This document shows, in pieces, positions 24,443 to 35,416 of a stretch of DNA of 64,000 nt. The translations under genes were made by a program, and so were the position numbers. The notes under the pieces are model-generated. The model saw nothing but the letters and a program-made list of their open reading frames with translations. It was not told where the DNA came from and ran no database searches. The first letter of the stretch is position 1. Each line of letters opens with the position of its first letter. Location: assembly GCA_023515795.1 (NCBI GenBank), contig JALGPX010000028.1, positions 1-64,000 of the forward strand. The letters are read 5' to 3'. Source of the stretch: Amoeboaphelidium occidentale (lineage: Eukaryota).

Positions 24443-24474
24443 AAGCAGCATATTGAGATATTGCTTGAATAAAT

Positions 24475-25158
24475 TTACTTTTTCTTTTCATCTGCAGCAA
24501 GCCTGTCTTTGATATCAAGCGAGACAAGATTGTGCGATGCTTGAACAAGTTGAATCATATTCATTATGTGTTTCAAAGCACAAAATGGCAGACATACATA
24601 AGAAAGTACCGTAAAGAAACCAACTTCTGTCCCGAAAACATTGACGTGATACTGCGACTGTGTAGTGTACGTTATATAATACAGCAAGATCCAATAGAAT
24701 TCGTTGAATGCGCATAATGAAAACAGAACAAAGCGATTTGTGTAATACAACCGTAACAGCGGATTCTGAGTCTGATCAACCTTCTTGTGACTGTCCAAGC
24801 CACTGCTGAGCGTACTGAACATTTGCATATAATGCGAACTTAAATCCAGCGCAATCAGAAACTGAAACATGCCAACATAAGACGGATATTTCAGTATTAG
24901 AAAGCACATAAGGCAAACTGTTGAAGATCTGTCAGTGACCATATCCAATACTGCACCGAACTTGCTCACTTGATTAAAGTATCTCGCAGCGTATCCATCG
25001 ACTGCATCGAGTCCACACGACACCAAATAGAGCAAAGCAGTTAGACCTGGCTTAGTAGACATTGTAAAACATGAGGCCACTAACAATAAAACTCTTAAAT
25101 AGCCGATAACATTCGGAGCGAACAAGTAAACGTTCTCTTTCTTTTGTGTTTTCTTCAT
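24475..25158 (-). CDS. PIS1: Phosphatidylinositol synthase
   Basis: NVYLFAPNVIGYLR and CDP-alcohol phosphotransferase motif DAVDGYAARYFNQVSKFGAVLDMVTDR. Confidence 0.93.
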   Translation of the reverse strand: MKKTQKKENVYLFAPNVIGYLRVLLLVASCFTMSTKPGLTALLYLVSCGLDAVDGYAARYFNQVSKFGAVLDMVTDRSSTVCLMCFLILKYPSYVGMFQFLIALDLSSHYMQMFSTLSSGLDSHKKVDQTQNPLLRLYYTNRFVLFSLCAFNEFYWILLYYITYTTQSQYHVNVFGTEVGFFTVLSYVCLPFCALKHIMNMIQLVQASHNLVSLDIKDRLAADEKKK

Positions 25159-25170
25159 TGCAACGAATCG

Positions 25171-27228
25171 ATGGCTTTGCGATGGCAACTTCGACTAATG
25201 GAGAAATCAGAGTTAAAGGGCGATAAAATGGACCTTCCTGCCGAGTGTTTGAGGGATATCATGGCTGAAAGTGGGCATAAAGATTCAATTGAGTCTCCAT
25301 TAACCTTTAAACTTCAAGCACAAAGCGACGGTGGAACAGTTTACGGTGGCGTGAGAGAGTTCACAGCAGATCCTGGAACATGTTTAGTATCGCCATGGTT
25401 GTATCGAAGCTTCAATGATATGAACGATAATGAGAATGGTTTGGTTGTGACTGTGGAGCTGCATCCTTTGCTTAAGGCAGCATATTGTCTTTTGAAACCG
25501 TTGGCCGATATTCCAGGAAATCTGAATTTGAAGGCTCTTTTGGAATCGCATTTACGGCAGAACTTCACAGTCATCAGCAAAGGGACGACTATTGATGTTA
25601 ATGTTTATGGGAAAGGTGTTTTGAGTTATTTTGTTGAGCTAATCAAAAGCACGGAACAGGTTGAAGTTCCAGCTGCAGTTGTTATTGATACAGAAATCAG
25701 CGTGGATTTCAGTTCTTCTGGGTTTACACAATTAGGAATGAATACTCAGGAAAGCGATACGATAACGGACCTTTCTGTAGATTTGTTACTTCAATCGGAT
25801 GGTTTTGTTAAACTCTGTGATGGTCACATTTATGGAAGGAAATACTTCAAAATCAACACAGAGAAACTGCAAAATGCGCCAATTACTTTAAATTGTACAT
25901 CAGAGAATGATGACATTGTGGTTTATGCGTCTTTCAGGGTGGAAAGACCTTCGGATTTAGACTTTCAGTTCAGCTCGACAGAATCATTAAAAGCTGGGAA
26001 CAGTCTTTGCGTTAATTTATCGGATTATCCTAGAGAAAATAATTGGCCCGCTCATCCTGGCTATCTCTATCTTTGCATTGTATCTTATGGAAACAAGAAT
26101 TCTGGTGAAATGTTTCGGCTTGAATGTAGTATGAAGCCAGACAAATTGAAGGATGAAACAGCTCCTGTCGAAACTTCGTTATGCCCCAACTGCAGAGAGA
26201 ATGTATCATTACAGAGTCTTCAGCTTCATATGCTGCGCTGTGAGCGGCTAAAATACTATTGTGAAACTTGCTCATCAGTTGTTCTAAAACAGCATCAGAA
26301 CTCGCATTGGCATTGCAACGAATGTAAAAAGTGTGGCAATTCAGTTTCTGAGAAGACTCTTCATCTTGAGCTTGTTCATAAGAAACGCTATTGTATCTGT
26401 GGATTTTACGGATATCAGAACGAGTTAAAATATCACTGTAATAATGATTGTCCTAAAAGGTCTATAATTTGCCGTTATTGTCACTTGGAAGTTGAAGCTG
26501 GAGAAAAGAGTTTGCAGGCTAAAGATTTACTGCTCACTGGTCCTTCCTTGACCCAGCATGAGTCTGATTGTGGTAGTAGAACAATTGTGTGCGCAACATG
26601 CAAAAAATCTGTTCAGATTAAAGATGTGTCTATTCATATGAAAATGCATGAAACGGAAAAGAAATACAGACCACTTCCTTTTATTGTATGTGCAAACAAG
26701 CTGTGCTCGTTGCCTCGTGATTACAAGAACGATATGGATTTATGTAACAGGTGCTTCGGGCCTTTCTGGCTTTCGGAAATTGATCCTGGCAATAAGAAGA
26801 GAATCCAAAGGTTAGTTCATACATATTTCAAACAACTCTCGAGTGGCTGTGGGAGAGATGTATGTTTAAATCAATTCTGTGCTTCAGGTAGTTATAAAAG
26901 TGAAGGTAAAGATCCGAATATGATTGCCTTGGATGCGTTGAATATTGCAAAGAAAAGCGGCTACTTGGAACCAGTCCCATTCCGAGAGTACTTTTTATGC
27001 GTTGATGTACGAAACGCCAAGATTAGAAGAGTTGCTGAAAATCAGTTACAAGTCTTGGGAAATTATGCTCTTGAATTTTGCATTGAAGCTCTAAACAAAA
27101 CGAAACCAGAACTGAACGATGATACTGATGACGAAGAGGCAGTTGAAACGTTCACATATGATGGCGTGAGTCAAGTCTGGTTATCAGCAGCTGCTAATTG
27201 GCTTCTTAGAAACGTTCACACTGAATAG
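25171..27228 (+). CDS. UFD1-domain protein with TRAF/XAF-like zinc fingers
   Basis: GDKMDLP, YGGVREFTA, KALLESHLRQNFTVI; multiple CxxC...HxxxC fingers; HESDCGSRT. Confidence 0.85.
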   Translation: MALRWQLRLMEKSELKGDKMDLPAECLRDIMAESGHKDSIESPLTFKLQAQSDGGTVYGGVREFTADPGTCLVSPWLYRSFNDMNDNENGLVVTVELHPLLKAAYCLLKPLADIPGNLNLKALLESHLRQNFTVISKGTTIDVNVYGKGVLSYFVELIKSTEQVEVPAAVVIDTEISVDFSSSGFTQLGMNTQESDTITDLSVDLLLQSDGFVKLCDGHIYGRKYFKINTEKLQNAPITLNCTSENDDIVVYASFRVERPSDLDFQFSSTESLKAGNSLCVNLSDYPRENNWPAHPGYLYLCIVSYGNKNSGEMFRLECSMKPDKLKDETAPVETSLCPNCRENVSLQSLQLHMLRCERLKYYCETCSSVVLKQHQNSHWHCNECKKCGNSVSEKTLHLELVHKKRYCICGFYGYQNELKYHCNNDCPKRSIICRYCHLEVEAGEKSLQAKDLLLTGPSLTQHESDCGSRTIVCATCKKSVQIKDVSIHMKMHETEKKYRPLPFIVCANKLCSLPRDYKNDMDLCNRCFGPFWLSEIDPGNKKRIQRLVHTYFKQLSSGCGRDVCLNQFCASGSYKSEGKDPNMIALDALNIAKKSGYLEPVPFREYFLCVDVRNAKIRRVAENQLQVLGNYALEFCIEALNKTKPELNDDTDDEEAVETFTYDGVSQVWLSAAANWLLRNVHTE

Positions 27229-27263
27229 ACTTCATAGATTTTTTTGCGATCAAACTGAACTTC

Positions 27264-30200
27264 ATGAACTCAGACGGTATTACAATAAGCTTAAGCTATT
27301 AATTTTAGACGCACATAAGAAGGACCCAAAGTACCGCCGATATACGCAGGCCTTAGAGAAATTACTTCAAGCATTCGAGACTATTTCGGAATGGCCAGAC
27401 ATTATTCAGTTCCTGTCGAATCTTCAGAGGCTTCTGGGCCAATACTCTAATTATAATACGATACCTTATGCTACAGTCCTGAGTAAAAGGCTTGCACAAT
27501 GCCTAAATCCGGGCCTACCAAGCGGTGTTCATTCTAAATCGCTAGAAGCATACAATAGTGTCTTCAAGAACTTATCGAAACAGTACCAAGAAAATATTAC
27601 TGCTGAGGATCTCATCGTATTTGGCTATGGACTCTTTAATGTCTTGGAGCATTTAAACATGAGCGTGAAGCCACAATTCCTTGCGCTTTTCGATCAAGTC
27701 TTTACTAAAGTCCTTTCGAGGGATGTGACGCTATTCGCTTTACCTGGTACTTTACATGTAATCATCAGCTTATTATTTTAAGGTCTTTTAAATGGGATAT
27801 TGCCGGGCTTAGACGATGAAACAAGCGAATATTTCGACAGGAGCGTTTCGATCGTGAACAAGATCAGGAATATAGTCAATGACGACTCTGAATATTATTC
27901 CCGTGGCACATTTAATGCATTCATTAGAAGCAGAAATCACAGATTAGGGGGCCTTTGTTTGTTGAATGCGTTGGATAAGAGCAAAGTAAAAGAGATACTT
28001 AAGAGCAAGGAACACACGGACTTGCTAATTTCTGCGTTTGCATGCGGTCTTGCTGACGAAAATATTCTTGTTCAAAGAGGGACACTAGATCTATTGGTAT
28101 CAATGCTCCCGATTCAGAGCGAGAATTTAAAATACATTGTTGCAACATCTGGGTCGAGTTGTGACATTTTGATGGAGAGCGCATTGTCTGTGGTTCTACG
28201 GAAGGATATGAGCTTAAACAGGCGATTGTATACATGGCTTACTGGTAATGATGGTTTGTTTACAGACTATTCATGGGCAATATCTGTGATCACGAAAATG
28301 ATTAGTTTCGATTTTGTCCGATCTGTTAAGATCATGATTTCCTTAATGGACAAAACCGAGATCGGAATGCCTATTGCTTTTGAATGTCTTTCAAGCGTAT
28401 TTCATGGAATGATGACTACAAATGATATTCAGACTGGAAGTATGATAATTGATATCGTTGATCCTTTAATAGTTTTTGGGAAGATACAAACGTTTCTTCG
28501 AGTAAAAGAAAAGCTCGACTTAGCATTGTATTCAGTAGAAAATTGTCCTTTGAAAGACGAGGATTCTCTGCATATTCACTATCCTGCACTATTCATATCA
28601 GCATCTAACGTTTTAAAGGAACAATTGCTAAGTGGAATTGATTATGAGCAGTTATCAAAACTGGATGCAATACTAAAGTCTCTTAGCCAAAAGATACCTG
28701 AAACGATTATGGATCCTGCATCGAAAGCTGAAGTTGCTACTTTGAACATAGAAGACATTCATGAGATGTATTCGGGGGGAATCGACATTGACAGTGTTTA
28801 CAGCAGCGACCTTTATGTCAAGATTGAAATGCTTCTAAGAAACGAGTTTATTTTTATCTCATTTACCATTTACGAATCCATTATAACCTTTCTAATATCA
28901 GAGTATGAACCAAAATCAGCTCTTTCGGACTTGGTCACAAACTTTAAATTTATTTTCAACCAGTATTTTCTTCATATTGCTGAAAAGGTTAGCAAGAATG
29001 GAATCTCTCGTTTGAGCGCAAAACTTAAGACACATTTGTTTATGAAATGCTGTTACAATAATGAGTTCTTGGAAAGTTTGGTGGTTCTTTTGGAGAAAGG
29101 ACTCGTTTCATTGGGAAGTAGTACTGATGAACTTAAGGAAGAAAGGTTTAGACAAATAATTATCCATTTATGGGGAATGCTTGATGATCCGCGGCGGGAA
29201 GATGCAGCAAAGTATATAATGCGTTTGCATGATTTGAACGGGAGATCTGCTGTTCTAGTTCAAGAGGAGATAGAGAAGCAGCTGAAGCGAAATCAAAGTT
29301 ATGACAGATTTTCATTCTTTTGGAGGCATGTCAACTCCTTGCCCGCAACCAAGGATAAATCTTTTTTGAATCTATCATTCTCCAACTGTTTATTTATAAT
29401 GATTGACCTTTTGAATAGTGATAACCTGGATGAGAAAAGGATCGGTGGTGCTTTCCTGAAGTGCTCTTTGAAAAGTCTTGTAAAGATTGTGGAACCATTA
29501 TTACTTTTGTTTATTAGGCCAAGCGTACTTCCTGGCCTTCATGTTGAAATCTCATATATATCTAATTCGATGTACAATGTGTTCCAATATGGCGACGATA
29601 AATTGCTGCGGAATTTGGATTCAACCAGGATAGATTCAAATGAGGTTCTATTCAATGTGCTGCAGTTGGTTGATGATTCTGTGCTAAACAGTTGCAACAA
29701 CTACCTCGAGCTAATAACAGAGCTGTTACTTAAGAATTTGAATACGGAAATATCAGAGTTCTTACATTTTCTTTCTATTAAGTTGTTGGAGGGTGGTCAC
29801 GAGAAGCGCGTTCAAAGAATTCAGGATTTTACTATAGATAGGCTGTTGATGACTTGTCCACCTGATCTTCAGTCAAAGTTGATTTTAGTGTTACACATGA
29901 CACTAAAAAAGCATTCTGTTCTGAAATCTGAAGAAAATAATGAAGTCTTTGATGCGAAGATAGCCAAGTTATTGATTAATGCGGTGACTAAAGCAGAAAA
30001 TCGACCCTTGCTTCCTCACTATGTAGAATTCATGTCGTCTTGTTTGGAATTTATAATAACAAACCACAAGATCATAGCAGTTCCTCTCGTCAAGATTATT
30101 ATTGAGGAATTAGGTTTCGTTGTCGCCTCAAACAAGACGCCCTCTATGAATGATGACGTCGAGATACCGCTGTTATTAACTTGTTTGGAGAAGCTTCTTT

Positions 30201-32173
30201 CAGGCCTTTGTTCTTTGCCGTTTTATGCGTCAGCTAGTAGTGCCACGGTAGGTTCTACCACTCCAGTTAGAAGTCTGATAGGTGCTGATTTCGTCAATCT
30301 GTTTTCTAACACTAGTTCAAACACAGGCCAGGTGGCTGGTGGGCATGAATTGCTTGTTCTGTTGAATACTGCTGTTAGCGAATTGTTATTAAAGTGCTTC
30401 CAAAGCGGCGTGCACAAGATAAGCGCTTACAGAGTCACCAAACTGGTTGAGTTTTGCATGAAGCAAAATCCTAGCAACTTCTTAAAAACTCTAATATCCT
30501 CATGTTCCACGAAAGATTTCAGCATTCTGTGTGATATGGTCAAGGACTATGACTTCGCGGTTATTTTGAAAATGTTGCTTGACAATTTTGATTTTGGAAT
30601 GACAGACTTTATCACTTTCTATCTGCTTAATTGTCAAGGATCCAAGACGTTGCAAAAGTTGCAGTTTTCGTTTCAGAATCCTTCTGGTCCGTTTAACAAA
30701 GACTTTTTGAATCTTTTGTTGCCATCGATGTCTAATGAAGGAGTTGCGAAGGTCCTCCGACTACTGAAAGTTTGCGCTACTTTTTTGAATGATGGTAGTC
30801 TCTACTCTGGTGATCCTTTAGAATCATTATTCATGGAGTACTTGGCTAAATGTTGCAACATGGTCTGCACTTATGTCAGCAAGAATTTTAATACCAGGAA
30901 CAACAGGGCCATCGAAGAAGTACTTGAAACTCTTGCGGGCCAGATTATACCGAATCTTTCTACTAGTTCCAAGAAGAGCATTATTTTGAGTATTCTAGGA
31001 GATATTTCTTCTTATGCACTTTCCCCGCTATTGAAAGGAAAAGTTTTAACGAAAGAGACAGTGAAGATTCTAAAAGCACTGATTTTATCGCCTTTAAATT
31101 CAACGTCTTTAAAGCTATGGAAGAAAGATCTTCATGACTTTTTTATGGAACCAAAGTTTTTTACTGTTTTATCAACTCCAGAGAATGTGTTGGATTATTC
31201 ATTTATACTGAACTCTGTTTTGCTTCTTGATTCTCAAAATGGTGGCAACGACGAGGCCAAATGGATGGAAGATATTTTAAACAATCGAGTTCAAACGAAT
31301 TTTTCAATGTTTTCTACAGCTACTTCTTCAATGAATTTCATATCAACAAGTAACAAGGATCATGAAAGGGCTCTTTATCTGAGAAAGTTGTCATTCTTGA
31401 TTTTCAGCGGAAAGAAAGATCACTATGCACCCGTATTTAGCCAAATTGAGGACAAGCTTATCGAAATTCTTAAGATGCCCATACTAGACTCGACCTTGTT
31501 AGAAGCGGAAGTATTTCTGGCTTTCAGGGTTGTCCTTTTGAAGTTTTCGGGCAAGTATTTATTCAGCATGTGGCCAAAATTGATTACAGAAATTTTGAGG
31601 GTTCTAAACAATTTGCTTTTACTCAATACTGGTGGTCGTATTGAATATTCATTCTTATGTACTCTTCTTAACGTATGCAAACTCTTGGATTTAATATTTC
31701 TTCTGGACTATCCTGACTTTCAAAGTTTCGCTTGGATGTTTGACGATGGCTCTGGCCTCTTTGAGAAGCTGACAGAGAAAATCAAATCAATGGGAGACCT
31801 AGAAGTCGATCAGGATAGTGAATTTATCAAAGCAGGCAACAAGAAGAAATTATTCATCGAATCCACGCAGTTGAACACCCAAACAGTTAGCAATCTATCT
31901 CAGTTGTATGGTTTCTTTAAACAATCTTCATACCTCAGAGGCTTGAACATGAAGAGTGCTTGTCTTGAACATTACAATTCGTATTACTCACAGAAGAATG
32001 TGCTGGGATCATCCTCAAACATATTGTCTATCAAAGAGTTCACAACTAAAGTTCTGGATGGAGATTCCTCTAGTGAAAGCTTCAAACAGCATCTCTTGCC
32101 GTTAGATAATTCAATTGACAGAGACTTTTTGCTTCGATGCATCTTGTATGACTTCATCGCCGAACTGAAATAA
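27264..32173 (+). CDS. DOP1: Dopey family protein (introns 27277-27308, 27747-27782)
   Basis: EWPDII.FL, KRLAQCLNPGLPSGVHSKSLE, ILPGLDDE, LVQRGTLDLL, VLRKDMSLNRRLYTWL; C-terminal Dopey motifs. Confidence 0.92.
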
Positions 32174-32365
32174 GATTTCTCGCTCATTCAAACAATTAGT
32201 CGAAACCTGGACCGGTCACCAGGCGGTCAAGGCAAACCTGAATTTTTATTTCAAGTAAGAATACCAACTTGCACAGATAAAATACTGAATGGCTGAATAG
32301 AATCCTGGTCCTGCGAACTATAACTGTCAGAAGAATCAAATTTCGCTTGTTACAAGAATCAAGTT

Positions 32366-32484
32366 ATTAGCAGCAACCATAGTCTGAGTGTGGGGGTTCA
32401 ATTCCCCTCGGTCGCTAGCGGCACTGGTGTGCACACTACGACTCTAAACAACTAAAAAGCATAGCATAGCATTAGCAGCAACCA
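32366..32484 (+). mobile_element. 5'-truncated tRNA-derived SINE-like retroposed insertion (32380-32470) with 14-bp target-site duplication
   Basis: ATTAGCAGCAACCA at 32366-32379 and 32471-32484; internal tRNA T-arm/B box GGGGGTTCAATTCCCCT; tail AAAAAGCATAGCATAGC. Confidence 0.6.
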
Positions 32485-32727
32485 AAAGGAGAACCCCAAG
32501 AACAACTTTAGGGGAGACCACGGGATACTCACACAAATCAGTCAGCACTATGAGCGGAGCATAGCAATCATTGAGAATATCGTTGTTGCTGCTTTTTTCT
32601 GCGATTGTACCCAATATTGATCCACTCACACAGAGATGGATTAAAAATTCACAGACAATAAAATTGAGTTGTTTATATTATCAGGGTTTATTCATTGGAT
32701 GATATATACTTAGGCGATCGTTGCTCA

Positions 32728-32947
32728 GAAAGTTTGAACTTCTTAGAATTGTCCGATGTGCTTTCAACCTCTTGACAAATACGGTAATGATGGAACTAGA
32801 ATGTGGAAGTGTAAAGATCGCAAGACTTCAACTGGACACGATCTCATTGTTAACAAGGATGTATCAGCGGCTAATTTCATGGCAAATATCGCAGTTTATC
32901 ACTTTTTAACAAGAGAAAGACACCCCAGTTTCAGTTGGCAAACCTGA
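32728..32947 (+). pseudogene. Decayed TnpB/Fanzor C-terminal fragment (RuvC-II end, zinc finger, RuvC-III)
   Basis: E-S-L-[+1 nt]-T-S-*-N-C-P-M-C ... W-K-C-K-D-R (CGC, one change from Cys) ... IVNKDVSAANFMANI ... RERHPSF. Confidence 0.7.
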
Positions 32948-33033
32948 GCCAAAAAATCTATGACCGCTGCATAAAAGACGCAGCTCTATTTATCCACAAA
33001 ATAGAATTTCTCGCTGATGTAGATGCTTGCGCG

Positions 33034-34479
33034 ATGAATGATATACGCGATATCTCCGTAAAAGACAGACTATGTTCAATATATCATGACACGCTTTATG
33101 TTAAAGAATGCTTTGCGTACCTTCATGATTTTTTGCCCAGCTCGTTCAACATTGTGCCATGTGTGAATCGCCGTTCAGGCTGTTGGTACAATCCTGTGTT
33201 GTTAGATCACGGAGACTCTGAGAGCTCAACCGAAGAAGTGTACTTCAAGTCCACCGATGGGCACTTTGGTAAATGGGATTTCAGTTTTACGCGACTCAAT
33301 ATGCATCTCTTGAACAGAATATCGAACACGAGCAATCCTGTGGTGGTGATCATTGATATCACCAGGGCTGGAAAAAGATACCCAGATGCACTCTCAAAGA
33401 CTGTTCCTATGTGGTGTTGTGTTATTAACAGGACGATCAATAAGCTGAATGGAACAGAGCCCTCAGAATCATTGGATGATAGTCTCTTCGTTCTGCCTTC
33501 CGTGGTTTCCGCTTCAGAGAAGTCTCAGATCGAAAGGTTACTCGACTCCATGGCTAATAAGCTACTTGAGTTCGTGATGACCATGCCTGAAATGAAGAAG
33601 ATTTTACTCGACTTGGGAAAGAGGATGAAGCCACTTAGACCATTATTTGTATGCCAAGACTCCTCGCTATTCTATGATCCTGCAGATGGCCAGATAAATT
33701 TAAAAGATACCGTTTGGGAACTCTACATGCCAGTTATTTGTTTGAGTGCTTCTTCATGCGCTTTGCCGCGATACCAAGCTCTTCCTTTTACAACAAAGGA
33801 TCAATTTACTGTTTCAATACCTTATCGTTATGTACAAGGCGCTGCCGATGATGAAGAGTCTTGGTCCAGAGGTTGCAGCTTCTTGAAAATATGGGAAAAC
33901 ATGGAGAGAATTTTACTTGAATGCATAACAGAAAGCGAACGCGAGAAGCTCTTAGAATCTTTTGCTATAGCGACAGTTAGTAGGCCACATTTAGAAAATT
34001 GCTTTTCATTGTTAACAGAATTTGACATTGCAATTGGTGACGAAAGATGTGCCTCAGGTTTATATTTCCGACAATTTGATCTTGTGCTATGCTGTGCAAA
34101 AGAACTTACAGGTAGAAATGCTGTAAATGATGAAGCTGTGCCTGTTTTTATTGACCTTTGCATTCCAAAAGGAAATTATAGTCAAAGAATGTTGCTAGAA
34201 TCGTTCCCAAAGGTGTTTGATGCATACAAGAAATTAACTGCTGAAGGAAAGAGCCGCGTGCTTATTTATGGTAAGACAGGGAACGATCGAGCTGTTTGTA
34301 TTGCCATGTTCTTGATGCTTTCATGCTATCCATCCAGATTTACAACTGTTTCAGGCGTTATTGATAAGACAGCTATCAAAAAAGCTCTGATATACGTGCA
34401 GCAACACAGAAGTAGCGCCCTTCTTTGTAGAGCAAATTTGAAAGCGCTTAATGTTCATTTTATGAGCAAACCGGAATAG
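33034..34479 (+). CDS. RIT1: Initiator tRNA phosphoribosyltransferase Rit1
   Basis: RLCSI..D, N.RSGCWY, YFKSTDGH.GKWDFS, DITRAGKRYPDALSKTVPMWCCVIN, YVQGAADDEESWS; DUSP-like C-terminus. Confidence 0.93.
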   Translation: MNDIRDISVKDRLCSIYHDTLYVKECFAYLHDFLPSSFNIVPCVNRRSGCWYNPVLLDHGDSESSTEEVYFKSTDGHFGKWDFSFTRLNMHLLNRISNTSNPVVVIIDITRAGKRYPDALSKTVPMWCCVINRTINKLNGTEPSESLDDSLFVLPSVVSASEKSQIERLLDSMANKLLEFVMTMPEMKKILLDLGKRMKPLRPLFVCQDSSLFYDPADGQINLKDTVWELYMPVICLSASSCALPRYQALPFTTKDQFTVSIPYRYVQGAADDEESWSRGCSFLKIWENMERILLECITESEREKLLESFAIATVSRPHLENCFSLLTEFDIAIGDERCASGLYFRQFDLVLCCAKELTGRNAVNDEAVPVFIDLCIPKGNYSQRMLLESFPKVFDAYKKLTAEGKSRVLIYGKTGNDRAVCIAMFLMLSCYPSRFTTVSGVIDKTAIKKALIYVQQHRSSALLCRANLKALNVHFMSKPE

Positions 34480-34511
34480 ATGCTTCCGACTTGTTTCTTT
34501 CTTTAAACAGC

Positions 34512-35350
34512 ATGAAGTTTTCACTGTACTTTACAATCTTCTTAGTTATCCTCATTTCTGGTAAATTTAACGCCTTGAAAAAATCTCGCCTAACTCAATG
34601 CGTAAGGCATTTGCTGCTCTGTTGAAGGAACAGCCGAGGAAGATTTCGACGAGCCACAGGTCGAAATCGAACATGAAGAAACCGCACCAGTTTCCGGAGA
34701 TAACGACGACGCAACCGCACAGCCAAAGGTCGACGTCAACATTGTCTATGCGATGCCGGATAATCCATTTTCCATGGTCGTCAATGGTGAAGTTGCTGCG
34801 ATTTTGTTCGGGTTCAGGAACACTGGCGAGGAAGTACTGCGGGTAGTCGGGGTACAGGGACACTTCACTCAGCCGGGACAATACGATAAGTTCATAAGAA
34901 ACATTACGAGAATGCCTTATTTGGCCGAAGTTCAGCCGGTTCGTTTCAAGTGCTGCTGTGCATTAATTTTAAATCTAGGGCGAGGAAACAACCGTTAATT
35001 ATCGTTTCAAGACCAACTTTGAACCTGCACAAATTGGTTTGGCTGTTTTTGTAGAATTTGCAGATACTCAGGACAGGGGTTACAAGTATTTGGCGTATGC
35101 TAAAGATATTTCCATTGCTGATCCAGTTTCTACTTTTGACCTTCAGACTGCATTTGTGTATTTGTGTGGAATAGCCGGTGTTGTATTTACAGGTTATTTG
35201 GTCAGCATAGTTTTTGCGACAAAGAAGGTTCCTGCAAAGAGTGTTAAAGTTTCGACTGAAAAGCAAGGCAAGTACGACGAGAGTTGGATTCCGGAACAAC
35301 ACAAAGTCTTACGAAGCCCGCGCAGAGCATCAAAGTCTAAGCGTAATTAA
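34512..35350 (+). CDS. Translocon-associated protein alpha (TRAP-alpha/Irc22-like); introns 34561-34606 and about 34939-34978
   Basis: Signal peptide, acidic stretch, beta domain with RNIT, one TM after FDLQTAF, then YDESWIPEQH. Confidence 0.85.
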
Positions 35351-35416
35351 ATTCCAAGCTGTAAGAGTTTAAAATTTTCTAAAAACATTTCTATTGAGTA
35401 TCGAATTTCCATTCTG

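Noticed and set aside
32372..32417. Functional armless mini-tRNA (GCAACCA...CGGTCGC acceptor-like pairing)
   Set aside because: No D or anticodon arm, the stem has mismatches, and the 5' strand is part of the 14-bp direct repeat; the SINE-fragment reading explains it better.
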